Position numbers and translations under genes: made by a program. A model generated the notes under the pieces. That model did no database searches. It was not told where the DNA came from and saw only the letters and a program-made list of their open reading frames with translations. A DNA stretch of 32,000 nucleotides from Parasynechococcus marenigrum WH 8102 (GTDB taxonomy: Bacteria; Cyanobacteriota; Cyanobacteriia; PCC-6307; Cyanobiaceae): contig NC_005070.1 in assembly GCF_000195975.1 (NCBI RefSeq), positions 330,001 to 362,000 on the forward strand, read 5' to 3'. Shown piece after piece: positions 25,060 through 32,000 of this stretch (the first letter of the stretch is position 1; each line of letters opens with the position of its first letter).

Positions 25060-25454
25060 TTGATTTAGATCAGGCCATTGATCAGTCCTATCGAGAAGCA
25101 TCTGATGCTGAGGCTGTTGCCCGGCGCTTAGAAGCCAGGATTGAGCAGATTCCAGGTGCACAAGGGTTGCTCCCCCGCAGAAAATATGGAACGCCCGTGA
25201 ACTTCAAGGCGATCCAAGAAAATCTCACCTTGGCCTCGTTGATTACACAGGCTGATGCAGCACTAGCGAACTACTGCGGGCTGGATGCCTCGGTGAAGCG
25301 CCGCATGGATGAAGAGAGGGAGGCTCAAAAGCTTCGTGTTGAGGCTTTGAGGATGCGCACAGAGTGCCTGAGGGAGGCCAACGAACGTGCTGCCAAGACT
25401 CGCGAGCAGCAGCTCGTCAGTGGCATCAACCCCATGACTGGGAGGTACTTCTGA
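25056..25454 (+). CDS. Hypothetical coiled-coil protein
   Basis: 132-aa ORF. It is coupled to both neighbours by overlapping stop and start codons. Confidence 0.5.
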   Translation: MIDLDQAIDQSYREASDAEAVARRLEARIEQIPGAQGLLPRRKYGTPVNFKAIQENLTLASLITQADAALANYCGLDASVKRRMDEEREAQKLRVEALRMRTECLREANERAAKTREQQLVSGINPMTGRYF

Positions 25455-25801
25455 TGCTTGCTCGGCCGCACCCTTGCCTTGGTTGGCTCCATTGCCAACC
25501 ACAGGACAGCAGACGACTTCTCGATCGACAGCTAACCCATCGCGATCATGTGCTGGAGGCTGACCCAAGCTTCAGCGGTATGCCAGCGAGCTTCGTTGAG
25601 GAGACCTGGGTCGACTGGTTGCCGAAGGCTGTCGCTCAACCCTTCTACAGAGACCAGCTCACCGCCCATGTTGCAGAGCTGGAACGCCAAATCTCCAACC
25701 TCAGCCGGGAGATTGAACTGCAGTCCGGCGGCCTGCTCGATCAACGAGATGCAGCTGTGGATCTCAGGCAACGTCTCAAGCATCTGCTGGAGACCTCATA
25801 A
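25454..25801 (+). CDS. Hypothetical protein
   Basis: Met-31 version (MLARPHP...) of tracked ORF 25364..25801. Its ATG overlaps the upstream TGA (TGATG). Confidence 0.45.
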   Translation: MLARPHPCLGWLHCQPQDSRRLLDRQLTHRDHVLEADPSFSGMPASFVEETWVDWLPKAVAQPFYRDQLTAHVAELERQISNLSREIELQSGGLLDQRDAAVDLRQRLKHLLETS

Positions 25802-25840
25802 CCCTGGTCAACCATCAGTTTCCAGACGCACCCGATACCG

Positions 25841-26032
25841 ATGCCAAACATTCTTGATCACGTCTCACAAGCACCAGTCCTTGAAATAGACGTCTGGCCA
25901 CGCTCAGCAACACGCAAAGAATGGTTCGCCATCACGCGACGCATTATTCAAGACACCATCGCTGACATGAACCTCGATCCTGCTGCTGAAGCAGAAATGA
26001 TCGATGCCTTTACTGGTGCTGGGCTGCTGTGA
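25841..26032 (+). CDS. Hypothetical small protein
   Basis: 63-aa ORF, last in the co-directional cluster. Confidence 0.35.
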   Translation: MPNILDHVSQAPVLEIDVWPRSATRKEWFAITRRIIQDTIADMNLDPAAEAEMIDAFTGAGLL

Positions 26033-26380
26033 CAGTCCGCTGGTGACTCCTTACGCGTAACGGCCCTGTCCTGTTCAAGCGGTGGCTGTATGGCGGCATC
26101 CAAGACCTAGGAAAACCAGCAGTGACGGAGCTGCTGCTGGATTGTATTGACCCGTTCATTTGTTAAGTTGAGCGGGACAGGATGGTGGCGTGGCACCTAG
26201 GCGTGAGCTTCTAGTTTGAAGCGGCATTGAACCACGCGCATCCAGCATTTGGGGGAGAAGAAGCCCTTATATTGATTGATATATCACTCAGTAATTGATG
26301 AGCCAAGATGAGCTAGGTATCACTTAATGCAATTCTTAGATTAATGGAATGCTATTCTTAGTTTATCGCTATACAAGTCA

Positions 26381-27640
26381 ATGGCAATTTTAGCATGGGA
26401 AGACATTTCAGGGGACAAATTTATTCATACATTCGATTTACATCGAAAAATTCCTAATGCAAAAAATCCTGAACCTGATTGCCCGGTTGAAATAGAAGCG
26501 TCGGAGTCTAATAAAAATGCGGCTGGTTATATATCATTTATCGGCGATAGTTTGTTGGATATGGTAGATCCCTCGGCTTTGGAGTCCAATTTGTACGGTT
26601 CACCTAGATCGTACGGTGGTGACACTGCCAGTAATTGTTCAATCCAAATGCAATTAATGGGTAAAGGTTATGACATTGGCGAAAATGCAGCCAAGGGCAG
26701 TGCTGTGATTGGCCAAGCCGCGGTGGACTGGGCGTTGAGTTCGGAGGGACTATCACTAGCAAATATTAGCGACCTATATGATACATTAAAAAATAGCTTA
26801 TCAGATGATAAATTTGACACACTAATGATTTCAGGTGGTATAGGAAATGTACTTAATATCCCGGATGGCGAGAATCCGGTCGACTGGTCGAATCAGGCTG
26901 CGGATCAGATGGAGAGCCTCATAAATTCAATATTAGCGGATAACCTTTGGAGTAAAATCGTAATAGTAGGATATGCAATAAGTGCAACACATCCACGCAA
27001 TTTTATACAAATACTCCACAATAAATTTAGTTACTTAGCTGAAAATAATAGTAAAGTAGAATTTATTAATACCGATTATCTTTATGACCAACGTGCTGGT
27101 GGCGATGCAGTTTTGCGTGAATCATTATTCGGTGGTGATGGAAATCACGGTGGTGTTGAAGGACACAGGCTTGTAGTAGAGAGCTTTGATACTTTGCAGG
27201 GGCTGCAACTAAAACCCGCACCAGAGCCAGAGGAATACGACAGCATCATTGAATCGGTTCTTGGCAAGGGCAAATTAAAAGGAACGACGGGTGCAGATGC
27301 CTTCACTTTTGATTCCTTTGAAGCATTCACAAAGAAATCTGCTGATAAGATCATTGGATTTAATGCGTCGCAAGGAGACACAATTGCTGTCGGTCCCAAT
27401 GCGTTCCCTTCCTTGCAAGGTGTCTCCGATATCAGCTTTGCATCGACTAGGAGCAAGAAGGAATTCAAGCAAATGTCCAAGGAGGATTACGACTTTGTAT
27501 ATTTTGAGAAGAAAGGTCGCCTCTACTTCGATGGAAATGGCGCAGAGAAGAACTGGGGCAACAGTAGTGAGGGAGGTCTTGTGGCAATCCTGAAAGGAAA
27601 GCCTGAGCTAACTGCTGAAGACATAACACTGTTGGCTTGA
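26381..27640 (+). CDS. GDSL/SGNH-family hydrolase with RTX-like (T1SS-type) C-terminal region
   Basis: The 419-aa AT-rich ORF has SGNH block I FIGDSLLD, block III-like GGIGNV and block V DGNH. The C-terminus (GTTGADAFTFDS...DKIIGFNASQGDTIAV...GRLYFDGNG...LVAILKGKPELTAEDITLL) follows the pattern seen at the ends of RTX/T1SS substrates. Confidence 0.6.
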   Translation: MAILAWEDISGDKFIHTFDLHRKIPNAKNPEPDCPVEIEASESNKNAAGYISFIGDSLLDMVDPSALESNLYGSPRSYGGDTASNCSIQMQLMGKGYDIGENAAKGSAVIGQAAVDWALSSEGLSLANISDLYDTLKNSLSDDKFDTLMISGGIGNVLNIPDGENPVDWSNQAADQMESLINSILADNLWSKIVIVGYAISATHPRNFIQILHNKFSYLAENNSKVEFINTDYLYDQRAGGDAVLRESLFGGDGNHGGVEGHRLVVESFDTLQGLQLKPAPEPEEYDSIIESVLGKGKLKGTTGADAFTFDSFEAFTKKSADKIIGFNASQGDTIAVGPNAFPSLQGVSDISFASTRSKKEFKQMSKEDYDFVYFEKKGRLYFDGNGAEKNWGNSSEGGLVAILKGKPELTAEDITLLA

Positions 27641-27663
27641 CAAAGCTTTAACGCTGAACACCA

Positions 27664-28044
27664 ATGGCAATCACCACCAGAGCACAACGACAACAACGCC
27701 GTAACGAGGCTCTACAGCTGATTAGCAGTGGTGTCCCGCCAACTGACGCTGCGTCTCAGTTGACTGTGAAGTGGGGGTGCAGCAGGCGAACGAGTCTGCG
27801 TGACATAGAAATCGCGCAGAGTGAACTAGCGAACGCCTTGGACTCGGTTGAGCTTCAGCAGATGGTGGGTTGGTTGGCGACGCAATATCAACGTCTAGCC
27901 GCCAAAGCTGAACGCGATGGTCAGTATTCAGCAGCCGTTGGTGCTCTGAATGCGTTGAGAGCAATGGTTGTGCAGCCACAACTGGATGCGCAGTTTGCTG
28001 CTCACTTCCGTGGCCGGTTTACGCACCATTCCTACCGGCGGTGA
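27664..28044 (+). CDS. HTH DNA-binding protein, TerS-like architecture (counterpart of 14450..14815)
   Basis: The 126-aa ORF has ASQLTVKWGCSRRTSLRDIEIA (HTH) and a later helix YSAAVGALNALRAMVV. It is alignable by eye with the element-1 protein. Confidence 0.5.
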   Translation: MAITTRAQRQQRRNEALQLISSGVPPTDAASQLTVKWGCSRRTSLRDIEIAQSELANALDSVELQQMVGWLATQYQRLAAKAERDGQYSAAVGALNALRAMVVQPQLDAQFAAHFRGRFTHHSYRR

Positions 28045-28375
28045 TATGGCAATCTTCGGGGCTTGCTCAATGCCCCATGGATTACAAGGATTTTTGCCTC
28101 ACCTGTCTGGTTACGTTGGCGGCCATCAACACGGTGCTGAATGTGCGCGCTCTTCGAAGACGCTGAGCTGCGGCAAAGGAGCAAAGGCCAGTTTGTCAGT
28201 GCCACTCCGATCTCACTGGCCGGTTGAGTCTCAAGATTGCTGGACTCGATTTGGACGTGATGGAGGTTGTCTCGTCGCATCCCATTCCCGTCTCAGTCGC
28301 CGGGACCCCTGGCCCCGCAGGGCCGGAGTCTCAACGGATCAGCTGGACTGTCCTGCGTCACTGTGTTTGTGGCCG

Positions 28376-28537
28376 TTACGCAGCACTGTCTCCCATCAGT
28401 TCTGAAACGCTGGGCATCGGGTCTGGCTTGCCATCGGCAATGGCTCGAGCGCGGAGGTAGAACCAGCTTTCCGTGTCGCCCTTGGCTTCCATGCTTTCGG
28501 CGATGGTCTGCCAGTTGTTGATTTCGGCTTGGTCCAT
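28376..28537 (-). CDS. Hypothetical small protein (53 aa, not in ORF track)
   Basis: MDQAEINNWQTIAESMEAKGDTESWFYLRARAIADGKPDPMPSVSELMGDSAA has a natural-looking composition, unlike the overlapping Arg-rich tracked ORFs. It lies downstream of the RepA-like gene on the same strand. Confidence 0.3.
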   Translation of the reverse strand: MDQAEINNWQTIAESMEAKGDTESWFYLRARAIADGKPDPMPSVSELMGDSAA

Positions 28538-28626
28538 AGGGGGTGAGTCTTTGAAAAGATCCCCGGGCTCTCACCTCCGGGGACTGTTGTACGTCTTCTC
28601 GCAGCTCCGCAAGAGACGGCAGAAAA

Positions 28627-30171
28627 CTAAGAACCTTGATCTGGATCTGTCGGTTCGGATGACCGACGCCCAGCCTTGTTCTTGCATTCCCGGCTGCAGA
28701 AAATCTTTGGCCGCCCACGCTTGTTGGCCGGGAAAGTCGTCCCGCACTCAGGACACTCCCGTTCTTCTGTGGCATCGGACTTTTCGGACCTTTCGGACGG
28801 TGGCTCTGAGGCCGGCGGCGAAACAGGGTCCGATATGTCCGATACATCCGTAGCTGGGAAGAAGGGCAGCACTGCGTCGACCGGTCTGAACAATCTGGTC
28901 GGCTGACCCCTGCCACCACCTCGTGCCGGGCGTTCCCGGTCGAACTGGATCAACTTCTTCTGTAGAAGCGCATCCATCACTTCCTTTGACCGCTTTCGAT
29001 CCAGGTCAAGCGCAGCGCCCAGGTGCGGCCGATCCACACCCAGCTGGGTGGTGACCCAGTGATGGGTCATGTCTCTGAGGGCATCACTTTGCCGCTCGGT
29101 GAGTTTGTCGAGGATTTCCTCCATCGCCTGCTGCCGGGCAACCTCTGCAGCGGAGCCATGGCTGATCCAGTTGAAGCCTTCATCGACTTGCTCGATCAGC
29201 AGATCCAATGGCCTGCCAGCACGGCCTTCAGTTGTGAGCTTGACCCGATAGTCCGCCGGGGCCAACGGGTTGTCCCCTGGGTCAGAGACCCACGCCAGGC
29301 TCACGGTCTGACTCACTGCTGCCGGGAGAGCAGTGGTTCCACGAGAGGCGCTGGAGGCCCGGCCCTTTGCCGAGTGACGGTTGCTGTGGTGAATGACGAT
29401 CAGGCTTGCGTCGTACGGAGCGATCGCTTCCTGCAGATCTATCAGTGGGTCGGCATAGCTGTTCGACTTCTCCTCCAGGCCCAGCGCAGCGGTGGCCGCG
29501 GCGTAAGAATCCAAAAGGATGATCAGGCTGGAGAAGTCCCTGCAGAACTCCACGATCTGATCGATGCCACCTTCGTCCAGGTGCAGGGGACAGCCCTTGT
29601 GAAATACGCCAACGACGGCGTCGACGAGGTTCCCCTCGGGATCACTCAGCCCTGCGCGGACCAAACACTCTTGCCAGTCGTCTTCGGTTTGATCCGGGCC
29701 GACGATCAAGATCAGCGGCTCCGATGCCGGTAGCGCGTGACCCAGGAATGAATGGTCCCCGCGCCGGATCCGGCCGAGCACCATCGTCATCAGCCGCGAC
29801 TTTCCTACCTTCGGCAAAGCGATCACGAGTGTGGTGGTCGCTGCCATCACCACACCTGTCCATAACCATCGGGCCTTGGAGAGCTTGAGCTTCCCGCCGC
29901 GTGGCACCGGCGTTGCCGCACCAGCCAGCTCCCGGCGGGCATCCCACAGGTACTGCTTCAGCTCTTGGTTGGAGAACTCAGCTTCGTAATCACGGGCGGC
30001 ATCCTTTATGTGAATCATCCGATCCCTCGATCCGATGGAGTCGTCGATGACGATTTCCTTGGCCTTCGACTTGATTCGTTTGATGTCAGCGGCCGGGCCG
30101 AAGCCGACAGCGGCAGGACCGGTGCCGTTCTTCAGCTCTGCGCTGAGGTTTGGATGCTGTTGTTCTGCCAT
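28627..30171 (-). CDS. RepA-like (AAA_25/RecA-fold) replicative ATPase with C-terminal zinc ribbon
   Basis: It has Walker A ALPKVGKSRL, Walker B LIILLDSYAAA and IVIHHSNRH. The C-terminus is CPECGTTFPANKRGRPKIFCSRECKNKAGRR. Start taken at MAEQQH, whose ATG overlaps the upstream stop by 1 nt. Confidence 0.7.
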   Translation of the reverse strand: MAEQQHPNLSAELKNGTGPAAVGFGPAADIKRIKSKAKEIVIDDSIGSRDRMIHIKDAARDYEAEFSNQELKQYLWDARRELAGAATPVPRGGKLKLSKARWLWTGVVMAATTTLVIALPKVGKSRLMTMVLGRIRRGDHSFLGHALPASEPLILIVGPDQTEDDWQECLVRAGLSDPEGNLVDAVVGVFHKGCPLHLDEGGIDQIVEFCRDFSSLIILLDSYAAATAALGLEEKSNSYADPLIDLQEAIAPYDASLIVIHHSNRHSAKGRASSASRGTTALPAAVSQTVSLAWVSDPGDNPLAPADYRVKLTTEGRAGRPLDLLIEQVDEGFNWISHGSAAEVARQQAMEEILDKLTERQSDALRDMTHHWVTTQLGVDRPHLGAALDLDRKRSKEVMDALLQKKLIQFDRERPARGGGRGQPTRLFRPVDAVLPFFPATDVSDISDPVSPPASEPPSERSEKSDATEERECPECGTTFPANKRGRPKIFCSRECKNKAGRRSSEPTDPDQGS

Positions 30172-31004
30172 CACTCCACCTCCCCGAGGTAGTGCCACCG
30201 GAAGTGGTCGGCCATGCGTTTCTGTTTCTTGAGTGCGGCCGCAGCCGTCTCAAGCACGGTGATCTGGTGATCCCAGCCCTGCCGGGTGTCGGCCTTCACC
30301 TTGGTGAGGCAGTCATCCACCAGTTCAGTGCTGACGTTGATCAGTGCCAGCAGGTGCTGCAGCTCTGGCGGTGGAGTGTTGTGCAGCTGGAAGTCGGTGA
30401 TGGCGAGCGCTGTGTCGGCGTCCGCGATGAGCACCTCGATCCATGCCATGTAGCCGGAGTCCTTCGGGGCAGGTTTGGCGACCTGCCGGGCCCGGGTTCT
30501 GTTGAGCGCGGTGTGAGCGCGGAAGACATAGCTGTTGCCTGAATGCCCGCCATCGGTGGCAACCAGTGCGGCATGCTCACCATTGATATCGATGACATCA
30601 CCGATGCGGATGTTGCTGGGTGGGTGGTTGGTGTCACCCACGAAGCAATTCCAGACGCCATCACCCCATCGGCAGTGACCGTTGCGGACTCGACCACACA
30701 CCGGGCAAGGGGAGCGCCTGCTGGATGACTGCGCTATCCGGCCATGCCGCTGCTCTGCCTGTATCGCAGGTACGCGGCCGGATCGGCGTCTCACGCCACC
30801 ACGACGACTGCGTTGTCGCCGGGCTTCCTGAGACTGTCGCGGATCAGTCTCGTTGTGGACTGAGTTGTTATTGAGAATTGGACACGAGTCTGTGTCCAAG
30901 ACAGGCTGTGACTGAGGAGACTGTTGCTCCCAGGCGGCCGGGCCTAAATTTGAATAGTTGAAATCCAGATCCAGGCCCGCCGCGGCAACGGCGGGCTTTT
31001 TCAT
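30171..31004 (-). CDS. Zinc-ribbon protein (replication-associated; module shared with element-1 primase)
   Basis: CPVCGRVRNGHCRWGDGVWNCFVGDTNHPP...GNSYVFRAH aligns by eye with CPICGRTEPDCRQSADGKVILCHYGKRWSPP...GNAAVFRIH in 20102..22072. It is translationally coupled to the RepA-like gene. Confidence 0.55.
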   Translation of the reverse strand: MKKPAVAAAGLDLDFNYSNLGPAAWEQQSPQSQPVLDTDSCPILNNNSVHNETDPRQSQEARRQRSRRGGVRRRSGRVPAIQAEQRHGRIAQSSSRRSPCPVCGRVRNGHCRWGDGVWNCFVGDTNHPPSNIRIGDVIDINGEHAALVATDGGHSGNSYVFRAHTALNRTRARQVAKPAPKDSGYMAWIEVLIADADTALAITDFQLHNTPPPELQHLLALINVSTELVDDCLTKVKADTRQGWDHQITVLETAAAALKKQKRMADHFRWHYLGEVE

Positions 31005-31007
31005 GGA

Positions 31008-31316
31008 TCAGTCGGCCTCCACCTTGGAGAGCTGTTGGTGCAGCTCTCGCGACATTGCTCTCTGCAGAGGTGTTTCCCTTCCAAGAGCAATTGTTAGCTG
31101 TTCGTGGAACGCCTCTCCTCGCATCGTTTCGTCGACACTTTGATCCCAAAGCAGGTCCGCAAGCATCTCGAAAGTTTTCTGCCACCAGCTGAGATCAGGC
31201 TTGTTGGCGTAATGCTTCTTCAGAGCATCGAGGACTCCATGCTTTTCAAGAGTGTGGCCATCTAATTCGATGGAAGACTCTCCACAATGGATCACGAGTT
31301 TGATGTTTTTATCCAT
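31008..31316 (-). CDS. Hypothetical protein
   Basis: Met-32 version (MDKNIKLVIHCG...) of tracked ORF 31008..31409. Its ATG overlaps the upstream stop by 1 nt. Confidence 0.4.
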   Translation of the reverse strand: MDKNIKLVIHCGESSIELDGHTLEKHGVLDALKKHYANKPDLSWWQKTFEMLADLLWDQSVDETMRGEAFHEQLTIALGRETPLQRAMSRELHQQLSKVEAD

Positions 31317-31528
31317 CACTTCGCCTCCACTGCTTCGAAGGTTTCCACGGTGCTGGGAGCTGGACGCTTCCAGTTGGTAAAAGCCCGCTCGACGGCCTCC
31401 TCGTTCCACTGCAGGGGGCTACGGGCTGACGCGCCTTTGCGTCGCCAGTCCTGCCCCTCGCGGAACATTGTGGTGTTGTTCTTGAGGGCGAGAGGTGTTT
31501 TGTCGCTGATGCCGAGGATCTTTTTCAT
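31316..31528 (-). CDS. Small HTH protein, excisionase/AlpA-like (homologue of 22089..22352)
   Basis: MKKILGISDKTPLALKNNTTMFREGQDWRRKG...PLQWNEEAVERAFTNWKRPAPSTVETF aligns with the element-1 protein, including the shared VETF. Confidence 0.5.
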   Translation of the reverse strand: MKKILGISDKTPLALKNNTTMFREGQDWRRKGASARSPLQWNEEAVERAFTNWKRPAPSTVETFEAVEAK

Positions 31529-31566
31529 CCTCGCGGTGTCGATCCAATTAATTGGATGGGTAAATG

Positions 31567-31779
31567 TTATCCCCGCATCATTTCCACAGCTTCTCTAACC
31601 CAAGGCTGACACCTATAAAGCCAGTTCTCTTCTGGATTCTCGGCGTGAGCTTTGGCAATGATTGAAGCAACAAACTCGACGCCGTCAATCTCTAACTGAG
31701 GAGTGCCAGCGGGGAACTTTAGGGTCCGACCGTTGATTCTCTTGGATTTGAGTTGGGCGTATTTGTCGTGCTTAGCCAT
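31567..31779 (-). CDS. Hypothetical small protein
   Basis: 70-aa ORF, first gene of the minus-strand module; no family recognised. Confidence 0.4.
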   Translation of the reverse strand: MAKHDKYAQLKSKRINGRTLKFPAGTPQLEIDGVEFVASIIAKAHAENPEENWLYRCQPWVREAVEMMRG

Positions 31780-32000
31780 GGCTTAATCGGGGGTGATCTT
31801 GAGGCTTGTCCTAGATCAACTCCCCTCAGCCCACCGAATAATCGATAGTCAGGTTCTCAGAAAGGGAACCCGCCGGATATACGATCGGCGGGGCAACTTT
31901 CGAGTGATATTTCATCTCTAGCAGTATGTTGCCTGTTCGTCTACCCCCAAATTCCTTTCAATTCCGTCCCGCGGCCCGCTCGAACGCATCCAACATCGTT

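Larger units (their letters stand above)
24604..32000. mobile_element. Second integrative/replicative element (element 2), tandem to element 1 and truncated by the window end
   Basis: It starts at att copy 2. It carries a RepA-like ATPase, a zinc-ribbon protein and Xis-like and TerS-like homologues of element-1 genes, plus AT-rich cargo. No integrase or third repeat lies inside the window. Confidence 0.55.

Noticed and set aside
28032-28919. ORFs 27968..28405, 28224..28460, 28267..28521 and 28473..28853 (+), and 28293..28919 and 28032..28280 (-).
   Set aside because: Their products are Arg/Ser/Cys/Pro-rich, mutually overlapping, or overlap the RepA-like 3' end out of frame. Only the short 28376..28537 (-) reading looks protein-like.

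Overview
The window is a high-GC picocyanobacterial chromosome, most likely marine Synechococcus. That assignment is inferred from gene content and from the tmRNA tag ANNIVRFSRHAAPVAA. All calls come from reading the sequence and recalling family motifs; no searches were run.

Layout:
- 1-12.03 kb: ordinary core genes. These are a YggT-like protein, accC, tRNA-Leu(GAG), an LpxB-like glycosyltransferase, msrB, a PRC-barrel protein, smc, a LigD-phosphoesterase-like protein, a sulfotransferase-like protein, a YqjD/YqjE-like membrane pair, and a THUMP methyltransferase.
- About 12,040-12,324: a circularly permuted two-piece tmRNA gene.
- 12,325-24,603: accessory element 1, about 12.3 kb. It is bounded by an imperfect repeat of the last 54 nt of the tmRNA (12,271-12,324 and 24,550-24,603). 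It carries a tyrosine integrase, an Xis-like HTH protein, a prim-pol/VirE-type primase-helicase and a Topo-VI-A/Spo11-like Toprim protein. Its cargo is a secreted SNase-Excalibur nuclease, a low-GC sulfotransferase-like cassette flanked by GGAACA-rich repeats, a T5orf172 protein, and a BmtA/SmtA metallothionein behind two Fur/Zur-type boxes. It also holds a frameshifted radA 3' fragment.
- 24,604 to beyond 32,000: a second, related element in tandem. It has a RepA-like P-loop ATPase, a stand-alone copy of the zinc-ribbon module found inside the element-1 primase, homologous small HTH proteins, and a GDSL/SGNH hydrolase with an RTX-like tail. No integrase or distal repeat for it lies in the window.

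Neither element encodes a recognisable capsid, tail or large-terminase gene. The overall picture is a tandem array of replicative, integrase-driven, cargo-carrying elements at the tmRNA locus, resembling tycheposons or phage satellites. This array is the most interesting system here.
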